A DNA stretch of 46,363 nt. Source: Nitrospinaceae bacterium. GTDB lineage: Bacteria > Nitrospinota > Nitrospinia > Nitrospinales > VA-1. The notes beneath the pieces were generated by a model. The model searched no databases, was not told the origin of the DNA, and saw only the letters and a program-made list of their open reading frames with translations. A program made the translations under genes and the position numbers. Of this stretch, positions 26,894 to 35,429 are shown in pieces (the first letter of the stretch is position 1; every line of letters begins with the position of its first letter). The DNA lies in assembly GCA_016763735.1 (NCBI GenBank), contig JAESTE010000117.1:1-46363 (forward strand), read 5' to 3'.

Positions 26894-27190
26894 CTACATG
26901 TCTTTGTCTTGGGTCCCGGCCGACGCTTCTGCCACGGCACGCTGCAACGACTGTTCGATCCCCGTGGCAAAGGCGTAGTCCAGCACCCTCTTCTTAAGTT
27001 TCCATCGTTCGACCAGTTCTTCAGGGGAGAGGGCGTCGTCGGGTGCGGTGGAGGCGTTGGCCATCATGTCACGTATCACGGCCAGGTGGTGGTGGAAGGT
27101 GGGCTTGTCCATGCCCGAAGGAGTGGCCAACTTGTCCCAGTGTGTGCAGTCCTTCTGGGCACAGTGCGCGTCGGACTTAGTGTCTGCCAT
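26894..27190 (-). CDS. Small protein (98 aa), GMD-x2-TF paralogue B
   Basis: The internal ATG at 27190 (MADTKSDAHC...) was chosen because the upstream 47 codons are R/P-rich and antisense-like. HWDKLATPSGMDKPTFHHHLAVI matches KWLELEVPAGMDQETFFYRLRVL of the neighbouring gene. Confidence 0.5.
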   Translation of the reverse strand: MADTKSDAHCAQKDCTHWDKLATPSGMDKPTFHHHLAVIRDMMANASTAPDDALSPEELVERWKLKKRVLDYAFATGIEQSLQRAVAEASAGTQDKDM

Positions 27191-27195
27191 GTTGG

Positions 27196-27414
27196 TTAAG
27201 AGGGCTGGTCGTCTGCTCCGTCTAGTCGAGGCACGGATCCAGGGGCGGGCAAGTTGTTCTTGATGGCCCACGCGAGCAGCTTCTGGTACACGTACTCGTC
27301 TTCGGTGGAAGAGTCCACGCAGAGGCTGCACAGGGTCTCGTGGATGGGCAGACTACACAGAAACTTGCGGTCGAGTTCGCGTACAGTCACCACAGCAGTG
27401 GGCGGACTGGACAT
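27196..27414 (-). CDS. Possible small protein (72 aa)
   Basis: The internal ATG at 27414 gives MSSPPTAVVTVRELDRKFLCSLPIHETLCSLCVDSS... It is short, has no recognised motif and is weakly supported. Confidence 0.35.
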   Translation of the reverse strand: MSSPPTAVVTVRELDRKFLCSLPIHETLCSLCVDSSTEDEYVYQKLLAWAIKNNLPAPGSVPRLDGADDQPS

Positions 27415-27481
27415 GCAAGAGTGTGTTCCTGGTCTGGTCTGACTGAGTCGAAACAATTCCACGAGCTGTGAGTGTACAGAT

Positions 27482-28204
27482 TTATGAAAAATACTTCGAC
27501 AACTTTTGCTCTGTGTCGGGGTCAGGGGGGTTGTCCGCAAATTCCGCAAAGAACGCAGCCAGCTCTTCCGCATTGGTTGGGAGAGAGTGAAACCCGTACG
27601 TCTGGGTCTGGCACATACCCAGATTGCAGTCTCCACAGAAGTCCCCCATTTCCAGGAACGCGGCCGCCTCCAACTTGGCGTCGGCTCTGTCTCTGGCCGC
27701 TGGACTGAGATCCAGATCTGGCCACGCGTAGTGGGTGTTATCTTTTGGTCCCTCGAGTGTGAGCGGTTGAACCGGGACAGGACCCGGCCACTTCCAGACG
27801 ATGTGTGCGTCGGCCCAGCGACAGTACACGAGGTGCAGGGTGCGGTGTCGGTCGATCAGACACGCACGTGTCACCCACTCGTGCATTTCCAGCTCCATCT
27901 GGGCAGTTTCGAGGCACTTCTGATTCCTGGCACGGTCGGTGAGTTGATAGTGGTGGTGCATGGTGACGACAGAGCCAGCTGACCATTCGAAGTCCTTCAT
28001 GAAGGAGCTCAGGACGGAGTTTGGCATGCAATCGTGGTAGTTCCCTTGAATCACGATGCGGAGGCAGGTGTCGTTCCGGATCATGTACTCGCACTTCCGC
28101 TCTGGAGTGGACATGTCTGCGCGTACACACCGTACCGTGGTACCTGGATGAGTAGATCGACCACGACCTTTGACTTGATGGTGGGTTGAATTGTGGACAC
28201 ACAT
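27482..28204 (-). CDS. Hypothetical protein (~240 aa; start ambiguous)
   Basis: The ORF is open to 28357, but the region upstream of 28204 overlaps GTCGAC cluster 5 and the divergent gene. Candidate ATGs are at 28204 and 28114. No motif recognised. Confidence 0.55.
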   Translation of the reverse strand: MCVHNSTHHQVKGRGRSTHPGTTVRCVRADMSTPERKCEYMIRNDTCLRIVIQGNYHDCMPNSVLSSFMKDFEWSAGSVVTMHHHYQLTDRARNQKCLETAQMELEMHEWVTRACLIDRHRTLHLVYCRWADAHIVWKWPGPVPVQPLTLEGPKDNTHYAWPDLDLSPAARDRADAKLEAAAFLEMGDFCGDCNLGMCQTQTYGFHSLPTNAEELAAFFAEFADNPPDPDTEQKLSKYFS

Positions 28205-28211
28205 GACGCAT

Positions 28212-28248
28212 GTCGACTCGAGTCGACAGTCGTGAAACATGGCGTCGA
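28212..28248. promoter_or_regulatory. GTCGAC-box cluster 5 (3 copies)
   Basis: Exact GTCGAC at 28212, 28222 and 28243. 28212-28227 is a perfect 16-bp palindrome, GTCGACTCGAGTCGAC. The cluster lies between divergent starts at 28204 (-) and 28239 (+). Confidence 0.65.
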
Positions 28249-28847
28249 CTTCTTCCTCGTCGGGGGACGTCCAGCCCAGCAACCAGGTGCGGTGCGTGTT
28301 CAGCGTGGAGCTGCCTGCCGGGAACGAAGCCTTGGCCGACTTGCAGAAACACGCCATGTGGCGATACTTCTGCTTGGAAGACCGGCCCGAGGTGCTGGAC
28401 TACTACGTGGGGATTGCCATCAAGTGCATCCGGAAGGAGTACCCGTCTGTGGTGGGCGAGTTTGTGGCCGTCCTCCGCGGCAACGCAGGCGACACGAACG
28501 TGAACCGTAAATTGTATACATTAATGTCAGCCGTGACCTCGACCAATGGGTTCTACAACTACGTGCGTACCTACAGCAGCAACGACTGGGCCCAGACCAG
28601 CGTGGCGTTGAAACTGCTGGAGACATCCTTCAGGCAGTGGTTTGAAGGGCTGGATGTCAACCACCGGGTGGCCCAGACCCCACGCGACGTACACTTCAAA
28701 CACCTGGACGAGTTCGTGCACGACCATCGGGTGAGGGTGATCACGGGGCAGCTGACCGGGCACGTTTGGCAACCTCCGAACAAGAAGGCTGTGGCTGCGG
28801 CCGTGGTCGAGGCGCCTGCTTCCGCTTCCGACTCTGCGTCCCTGTGA
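28239..28847 (+). CDS. Hypothetical protein (202 aa)
   Basis: ATG ORF with protein-like composition. Its 3' end overlaps the convergent gene 28741..31320 by 107 nt. Confidence 0.6.
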   Translation: MASTSSSSGDVQPSNQVRCVFSVELPAGNEALADLQKHAMWRYFCLEDRPEVLDYYVGIAIKCIRKEYPSVVGEFVAVLRGNAGDTNVNRKLYTLMSAVTSTNGFYNYVRTYSSNDWAQTSVALKLLETSFRQWFEGLDVNHRVAQTPRDVHFKHLDEFVHDHRVRVITGQLTGHVWQPPNKKAVAAAVVEAPASASDSASL

Positions 28848-31320
28848 ACGGTTGCACCATCAGTGGAGGGCGGCCCGGCTCGTGACTCCGCACCGTGGGG
28901 TTGTGTACTGCTGGGGTCGAGGCGGCCAAGGGAGCAGGGGTGTGTTCCAGGAACGACCGCAGCACCATCGCGCCTTGTCCTTTCCTCTCGTCTCGAGGCA
29001 GCAACTGGTACACCGCCCGCAGGCTCTGTCTGATCAAGGCAATGGCCGGGTCAGGCATGGCCGGAGACGCCATGAGCATGCGCAGAGCCTTTTTGAATGA
29101 ATTAGACTTGACTCCACGTGTGACTGTGGCCCCGCACGTGTGCAACATAGCCCTGAGCACCACTGTGGTGTAGGCCCGTTCCACCGCCACCGGCCACGAC
29201 ATACCGGGTTCGAACACAGACACCACAGGGGACACCAGCAGGTAGCGACGGATAAAGGACAACGATCCCCTGACCAAGTCCCGTGCACACTTGTCCATGT
29301 ACACCAACAGCGCGTCCCGGGTACGAGCGACCTTCACCCTCTGTCCACGTGGCGCTTCGGCACTCAGGTCGGCACACGAGAGGTACAGCCTGTCGTCAGG
29401 GTCTTCTACCTGCTTCCTGGACCCAGAGGAGGGTCGGGGTGCGTGGTCAGAGAAGCGCTGGATACACCACGTGCGTGCCCCCGCCAACTGGTCTGCCAAC
29501 GACCCCAGGTCTACGGCGTGCAAGGGGAGGGTGTGCACGGGCACCGCACACATAACAGGGACGGAGCGGGCACGGGGCGGAGGAGGGGACACACGAGGAG
29601 GCAGTCTGTACGCGCCCTGGAGCCGTGCGTCCATGGCCTGCCACAGGTGCGCGGCACAGATCGGGTTGCGTACCCAGTCCATGCCCCGTGCCAAGTCTAC
29701 GGCAGGCAGGCTCCCTCCGTCCCACTCTCCTGTGCCGGTGCGCAACTGCTGCGGCCACTCCGGTCCCAAGTACGCCACGATCTGTTGCAGACGGCACCGG
29801 TCTTGGTGCAGCTTGAGACGTGCCGCATTGATGGCCTCTTCCACCCGGATGATCCCCACACGCAGACACGATTCACGGAAGGGCCGTTCCAGTGCCAGCA
29901 CAGACGTCTCGTCCATGACCGGGGGCACAAAGTCAAAGAGCCCGCTGCTGTACCACGCCAACACAGCCATGGGCGGGGCCAAGCAGGCCTGGGAGTTGTA
30001 GAGGTACCAGGAGAAACGCATACGTATCACCGAGATGCGGTGTCGGTAGGCCGGCAACAGGTCGAGCCCCAGCCGCTCGTTGTGGGACTGGGCCATGGTC
30101 GCGGTGGTGACATGACGCGGTTGCTGGTCGCTGTGGATGGCCACCCGCATGTCGTTGCGCATGTCTGAGTTCATCATCCACTGCCACTGCCACGACATGA
30201 CTGCGCGTTCTTGCTTGCGGGACAAGGCGGTGATGTCAATAACCCGGTAGAAGGGGTTGAACCACAGGTGGGCGTAGAACACAGGGATCTCCTGGGTCCT
30301 GCTCTGGGGCCGTCCTCGGTCGGCGTCGGGCACAGGGAACACCACCCCCTTGAGTGCCGTGAGCAGTTGGCGTTCGGTGTAGCGCAGCATGACATGAGGT
30401 CCTTGCCCCACGTTGGTGGACCTGATCCAGCTGTTGTACGACTGAGTCATGTGTTCCTTGTCTGGGTTGCACCGGTGAAACCCACGGGTGGTCAAGCTCA
30501 TGGCGCTGTTGCGTCCCAGTTGCTGCGAGGTGGCGTGTACCGCGGCCGAGTGCCACACCAGGTCTCCTGGGAACCCGTCCATCCCCCCTTCCAGTCGCAC
30601 CGCTTCCTGGGTGCACTTCAAGAAGAGAAACATGAACTTGCTGATGTTGAGTGTGGTGGCCAGGCGGTGGGGGTTGGTGCCGTACTGCGCGAGCAACTGG
30701 TCCAGCGTGAAGTCCATGCCGTCGCTGGTCTTGACCTGGAAATCCGTGAAGGACCGCACGGCAAACAGGTACGGCACCAGGTCGTGACGGTACAGGGCCG
30801 GGTTGTTGTCTGGGGGGATCTGCTGCAGCCAGCGTCCGTTGCTGCGGAGCCACACCCACAACGCCACGATGCAACACAACAGGGTCTGTTCCTTGGGTTG
30901 ACGAGGACGCCCCAGCAACAAGGACAGACGGAAGAATGTCTTGAGGGCATGACGCCACTGTGGCCCCCACCCGGCCTCCATGAACATGTGCATGAGGTCG
31001 GGGCGTGACTTGACCTCTTCGTCGTTCAAGGGCCATTGTTCTTGCTGAACCGCGGAGTAGTGTACCGGTCCGTAGTTGATCAGTTGGTCCGGGAACGCGT
31101 CAAAGACCTGATGGTCTCGCCACTGGCTGGGGGCCATGGGTCTGAACTTCAACTCACGCATCAAGGGACGGCACGACTGGACACAGAACCCGTTCCACTC
31201 GGAGGCATGGGTGCACAACAAGTCCAGTTTGCCGTGCCCATACCGCCAGCACATCTCGTCGTCACGCCGTGGGATGCACAGTGCCGGGCTCGAGGACGAG
31301 GACGAGGAGCTTTGCGCCAT
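28741..31320 (-). CDS. Hypothetical large protein (859 aa), poly-Ser N-terminus
   Basis: 2.6-kb ATG ORF (MAQSSSSSSSSPAL...) with a basic C-terminal tail (RKRKQAPRPRPQPQP). No motif recognised. It may be a virion-module gene, but that is inference only. Confidence 0.8.
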   Translation of the reverse strand: MAQSSSSSSSSPALCIPRRDDEMCWRYGHGKLDLLCTHASEWNGFCVQSCRPLMRELKFRPMAPSQWRDHQVFDAFPDQLINYGPVHYSAVQQEQWPLNDEEVKSRPDLMHMFMEAGWGPQWRHALKTFFRLSLLLGRPRQPKEQTLLCCIVALWVWLRSNGRWLQQIPPDNNPALYRHDLVPYLFAVRSFTDFQVKTSDGMDFTLDQLLAQYGTNPHRLATTLNISKFMFLFLKCTQEAVRLEGGMDGFPGDLVWHSAAVHATSQQLGRNSAMSLTTRGFHRCNPDKEHMTQSYNSWIRSTNVGQGPHVMLRYTERQLLTALKGVVFPVPDADRGRPQSRTQEIPVFYAHLWFNPFYRVIDITALSRKQERAVMSWQWQWMMNSDMRNDMRVAIHSDQQPRHVTTATMAQSHNERLGLDLLPAYRHRISVIRMRFSWYLYNSQACLAPPMAVLAWYSSGLFDFVPPVMDETSVLALERPFRESCLRVGIIRVEEAINAARLKLHQDRCRLQQIVAYLGPEWPQQLRTGTGEWDGGSLPAVDLARGMDWVRNPICAAHLWQAMDARLQGAYRLPPRVSPPPPRARSVPVMCAVPVHTLPLHAVDLGSLADQLAGARTWCIQRFSDHAPRPSSGSRKQVEDPDDRLYLSCADLSAEAPRGQRVKVARTRDALLVYMDKCARDLVRGSLSFIRRYLLVSPVVSVFEPGMSWPVAVERAYTTVVLRAMLHTCGATVTRGVKSNSFKKALRMLMASPAMPDPAIALIRQSLRAVYQLLPRDERKGQGAMVLRSFLEHTPAPLAASTPAVHNPTVRSHEPGRPPLMVQPFTGTQSRKRKQAPRPRPQPQPSCSEVAKRARSAAP

Positions 31321-31419
31321 GTGAATGAAGTCAGGTCACTGTAACCACCGGGACACGTCCTGTTGTTCTGCGCAGTCTTCTACACTCAGGTGGGCAAGTG
31401 AACAAATGGCGCAGGGGAG

Positions 31420-31526
31420 GTCGACTATGCCCGTGTCGACTCTGAAAGTCGACTCTGAGAATGTCGACTCTTTGGTAACGGATTCAAAGTCGACATCCGA
31501 GTCGACACCTCCCTCGCTGCGTCGAC
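31420..31526. promoter_or_regulatory. GTCGAC-box cluster 6 (7 copies; largest)
   Basis: Exact GTCGAC at 31420, 31435, 31448, 31463, 31489, 31501 and 31521. The cluster lies between divergent starts at 31320 (-) and 31538 (+). Confidence 0.75.
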
Positions 31527-31537
31527 GTCATTTGTTC

Positions 31538-33040
31538 ATGGACCAGGCTCGACCACTCAAACGGACCAAAGTGCACACGGAACTGTTCACGTCTGAGTAC
31601 GACGGAGGGGTCATCCAACTGGCCCGGGCCGAGGACGAATGCAGGTCAGGCACGTGTCCTCGGTCCTCGGTCGTGGCCGACTCGGGTACGTACGTGTGCA
31701 CCACGTGTGGACTGGTGAACGGCGTGGAGTACGACTCGTCTGGTGAACGGTTTGCGAAGGAGGGCACCACCAGGGTGTCTACCCACAGTGACCGGGCCAG
31801 GTTGGTGGACCTGTTGGGGTTGTACACTCCTGCACCAGTGGACATGTCGGGTACTCCTGTGCACCAGGCCGGGCGTGACAACGGGGTGGAGCGGTTGTTG
31901 TGCCACTACAATCTGGGGGTGAGGACCATTGAAGCCCAGTGTCGTATGCACCACTTGGCGCCCTTGGTGTGCAAGAAGTCGTTGGAGTTGTGGAAGAAGA
32001 CGTGTGTGCTGCGACGTGACCGTGGATCCTCCCGTGCTCAGGCCTTGACCGAGCTGAAGGCGCGGCACCTGGAGGAGACGGGTGTGTGCGACAACGCGTT
32101 GCACTACGCCAAGGTCCAGGCCCAGGGAGACAAGACGTCTGCCGTGTACCTGGCTGCACTGGACCAGAACACGTCGAGGAAGAAGCGGCACACCTACGAG
32201 ATGAAGCAGACCAAGGGCATGTACGGCGGGTGCCATCGTGAGGTGGAGGACCGTGAAGCCCCCGCAGTGTTGCTCTATGTGTTGCAGACCGAGAGCATGG
32301 CGCATGGTGCGGTTGACTTGGCGGAAACGTGTGACAGTACGGTGATGGAGCTGGAGGGGGCGGTGACTAGGCTGGTGCACAACCTGGACTTGCCGCACGT
32401 GAACCGGTATTGTCAAGTGTTGTGCCATGCCCGACGTCTGGCCCGTTCGTTCAGGGTGGACGACGCCTTCAGTTGGGGACTGGAGGAGTTGGTGCAAGGG
32501 CATGCACGGGCCGTGGGGCAAGGCATCCCTGACCGTCTGAGCAACACCGAGGTGGCCGGGGTGGCTGTGTTCTGGCTCATGTGTCGAGACAGACGGGACT
32601 ACGTGCGTTCGAACGCGGCCCGGCACAGCCCTTCGCCTTCGTGTAGACGGGGCAAGAACGGCCGGATGCCCTTGATTGACTTGAGACAGGGCCAGCACCA
32701 GAAGCCAGTGGTGTCCCGTAAGGTGGTGCGTCCACGGGCCACGTGTGACGTGCTCCAGGGGTTGACACTGGACCAGGTGATTGCGCGTTGCCACACCAAC
32801 ATGGCTCCCGTGACGGTGCAGACGTATACACGGTACCTGCGCGACGAGATGCCCTTGGCAGACCGTCTGGCGTTGTTGGAGTGCGCGCCCCGTCCACTGG
32901 TGCACATGGACCCCTTGACACGTCTCGACCGCAAGGCTCGTGCCCGGGTGACCCAAGAGGTGTTGCCTGTGCCCTGTGCCCCTGCCATCGCACTCGACCC
33001 GTGGCCCACTGACTTTGGCCTGGACTCGGCGGCCATTTGA
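31538..33040 (+). CDS. TFIIB-like transcription factor (500 aa)
   Basis: The start was moved to ATG 31538, because the track's N-terminus is encoded by GTCGAC boxes. The zinc ribbon is C-RSGT-C-x13-C-TT-CGLVNG (31640-31711); human TFIIB has ...DMICPECGLVVG. A long helical region follows and could hold cyclin-like repeats, but this is unverified. Confidence 0.65.
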   Translation: MDQARPLKRTKVHTELFTSEYDGGVIQLARAEDECRSGTCPRSSVVADSGTYVCTTCGLVNGVEYDSSGERFAKEGTTRVSTHSDRARLVDLLGLYTPAPVDMSGTPVHQAGRDNGVERLLCHYNLGVRTIEAQCRMHHLAPLVCKKSLELWKKTCVLRRDRGSSRAQALTELKARHLEETGVCDNALHYAKVQAQGDKTSAVYLAALDQNTSRKKRHTYEMKQTKGMYGGCHREVEDREAPAVLLYVLQTESMAHGAVDLAETCDSTVMELEGAVTRLVHNLDLPHVNRYCQVLCHARRLARSFRVDDAFSWGLEELVQGHARAVGQGIPDRLSNTEVAGVAVFWLMCRDRRDYVRSNAARHSPSPSCRRGKNGRMPLIDLRQGQHQKPVVSRKVVRPRATCDVLQGLTLDQVIARCHTNMAPVTVQTYTRYLRDEMPLADRLALLECAPRPLVHMDPLTRLDRKARARVTQEVLPVPCAPAIALDPWPTDFGLDSAAI

Positions 33041-33068
33041 AGTCATGTGTTTAATGTGTTCGTCCTCC

Positions 33069-33074
33069 ATTAAA
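33069..33074 (+). terminator. Candidate polyadenylation hexamer ATTAAA
   Basis: It lies 29 nt downstream of the TFIIB-like stop at 33040. Such A/T hexamers are scarce in this GC-rich DNA, but this could still be a chance match. Confidence 0.3.
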
Positions 33075-33105
33075 GTGTGCTGTGTCTGGGATACGAGTAG
33101 TCACT

Positions 33106-33762
33106 ATGGAAAGCGAGGACACACGCGTGTTCAATGGCCTGGCCCTGACCTTGTCGGGTCTGGGGCTGATCGGGCTGATCTTGGGGGAGATGATGCAGAG
33201 CCTGGGACTGGCGTGGAGCCCCAACCGTTTCTTCGAGATGAAGCACCAACGTGAAGGCAAGCCCGAGTACATCGCTCGGTCGGCGTGCGAGCAAGGGTTG
33301 TACTACACCCTGACGTTCGGGGCCATCAAGGGCGGGATCGTGGCGGCCATGGTCATGAACCACGAGTTTGAACACCACATGGCGTTCCTCTGGACCTTCC
33401 TCAACATGACATTGATCACTGGTGGACCCGTGGTGATCGCCTTTGCGTGCAGCGACCGCAGCGTCAAGGGTCACTACGTCCTGTCGTACCAAGAGCAGCA
33501 GTGGCTGAGGTGCCGGGCCTTGCCGGGAATCTTCATGCATTTGGTGGGCATGATGAGCCTGGGGATCGAGCTGGCCGTCGCGCACAACTGGCAATGGACC
33601 TGCATACTGTCGTCGTTGTTGGCGGCGATTGGGTTTTATTACTTCGTGCTGTACCGTCTCCGCGTGGACACAGACGGCACCGAGATGTTTGTACACGCCG
33701 TCTTGATCATCTCCTGGACCGTCCTGATTGTGGCCATCACCACGCTGCCCTACAAAGCGTGA
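33106..33762 (+). CDS. Multi-pass membrane protein (218 aa)
   Basis: The track start at 33082 is GTG; the first ATG is at 33106 (MESEDTRVF...). Five to six hydrophobic segments are visible (LALTLSGLGLIGLILG, GGIVAAMVM, LITGGPVVIAFA, IFMHLVGMMSLGIELAV, ILSSLLAAIGFYYFVL, AVLIISWTVLIVAI). Confidence 0.65.
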   Translation: MESEDTRVFNGLALTLSGLGLIGLILGEMMQSLGLAWSPNRFFEMKHQREGKPEYIARSACEQGLYYTLTFGAIKGGIVAAMVMNHEFEHHMAFLWTFLNMTLITGGPVVIAFACSDRSVKGHYVLSYQEQQWLRCRALPGIFMHLVGMMSLGIELAVAHNWQWTCILSSLLAAIGFYYFVLYRLRVDTDGTEMFVHAVLIISWTVLIVAITTLPYKA

Positions 33763-33765
33763 CGG

Positions 33766-34170
33766 TCAAGCGTTGCCCACCTCCCCCCACACTTGTCCGT
33801 CCCAGCAGATCTCCCCAGCTTCCAGATTCATGTTGGCAAGTTCATTGTCGCCGTACCCCTCCCCCGTGAACTCGAATACTTTCCCCTGCCCCACCAGCTG
33901 TCCGTCCGCCCAGTTTCCAAATACAATCTCATTCTTGGAATTGGAGTGTGGCGTGTCCCGACGGTAGACGCCAATGCCGTGAAACTTGCCGTGGGAGAAC
34001 CCTCCCTCGTACTTCATACGGTGTTGTTCAGTGTACAGGATGCCATGCCCATGGTACTTGCCATGTTGTACGTCCCCACGGTACACGATATCCACTGTGT
34101 CCACGAGGGCCACGACCACCTTGGTCTTGGGCACACGACACAGAGTCAACTTGCGGTCCTCGTCTTGCAT
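33766..34170 (-). CDS. MORN-repeat protein (134 aa)
   Basis: There are three MORN-like units: YRGDVQHGKYHGHGILY, YEGGFSHGKFHGIGVY and VFGNWADGQLVGQGKVF. Confidence 0.7.
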   Translation of the reverse strand: MQDEDRKLTLCRVPKTKVVVALVDTVDIVYRGDVQHGKYHGHGILYTEQHRMKYEGGFSHGKFHGIGVYRRDTPHSNSKNEIVFGNWADGQLVGQGKVFEFTGEGYGDNELANMNLEAGEICWDGQVWGEVGNA

Positions 34171-34314
34171 AATGAGGTGGTTGCCTGACCAAAGTCAGAC
34201 GACCCTCAGCACAGAGGGAAGATCCTCACCACGTCAAGGTCGTTACGGAGTCGTGAATAGTGCACACAAATGAGTAAAGTACCCCCGTTTCACATCAAGT
34301 ATACCACCCGCACC

Positions 34315-35359
34315 ATGCTCGTTCCGGTCCTCGCCTCTCTCGTGGTCGTCATGTCGGCGACCTCGTTGATCTTGGTGTCGTTCGTCATGAACGGGGATCT
34401 GGTGTTTTCCAACCCGCCCCTGTCCATTCACAACCCCACCAGTACATACAAGGCCACAGTAGACAACGACGACTCTGGGTTCGACATCAAGAAAGGCGAC
34501 ACGCTCCTGGCACGGTTCGACCACACGTCAGGGCTGGTACTTCGTGAGCTGGAAAACCTCACCACCAAGACCGGACAGATACGGTTCCATGAGCTGGACC
34601 GGAACGGCGAGCACTTCGTCTCCATCCGCGCACCTGACGCGTTGGCAGCCGATATCACCTACATCCTCCCCGCAGCAGACGGGTCGACGGGGCATGTGAT
34701 CAAGACGGACGGGGTAGGGCTCTTGAGCTTCACCAACATCACGTCAACCATCATCGACTCGGGTGCGGCAGGGAACCGGTTCAGCGACAACTACTTTGAC
34801 GCCGGGACCGCCGGGGCGGTGGCAGTGAAGAGCACAGGCACCCTTGTCATGACCTCGACCGGGAACACGACCATCAACGCTAACGCCGTCATCCTCAAGG
34901 GTCTGACCTACCCCCCTGGCCGACGGGACAGACGGGCAAGTCATCGGCACCAACGGAGGAGGGATACTGAGCTTTATCACCCCCTCTGGCGCTTCCACCT
35001 ACACACTTGCCGCCACTGTGTTGATCGGGTTCGATCCGGCGCAAACTATGACGTGTGAACTCGCCATCATCAACGGAATGGTAACCATGGACTGTGCGGC
35101 CACAACATTGGGGACCATCGTCGGTGGCGGCGTTGCGTACCTCGCCTCGACGGACACGCTTCCAGTCGCCTTCAGGCCTGTTGCATCGGAGGTGTGGATA
35201 CCGTGGTTTACTAAGTTCAACAACAACCCTACAACAGGGTACTTCACGATCCAGACGGACGGCACTATCCGGATCTTCGCTGCACTCAGCCTTTCGTGGA
35301 CAGGGGGGACGACAAACTGTGGGATTCATCATGGCGGGGCGACGTGGAAGGCGCCGTAA
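34315..35359 (+). pseudogene. Fibre/spike family member A1, interrupted by a +1 frameshift in a C6 run
   Basis: Frame 1 (34315..34914) encodes the TM anchor and first repeat up to GLTYP. Skipping one C at 34915 restores LADGTDGQVIGTNGGGILSF and the conserved C-terminal domain (VTMDC...GGATWKAP) in frame 2, running to the stop at 35359. The C6 run is at 34911-34916. The cause could be sequencing error, pseudogenisation or programmed slippage. Confidence 0.7.
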
Positions 35360-35387
35360 TGAGCCTTCACAAAGGAGAAGGTGAAAG

Positions 35388-35393
35388 AATAAA
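35388..35393 (+). terminator. Candidate polyadenylation hexamer AATAAA
   Basis: It lies 29 nt downstream of the A1 stop at 35359. Confidence 0.3.
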
Positions 35394-35429
35394 GAGAAGT
35401 AATCCAACCTGAGTCTATGCGTCGTCACC

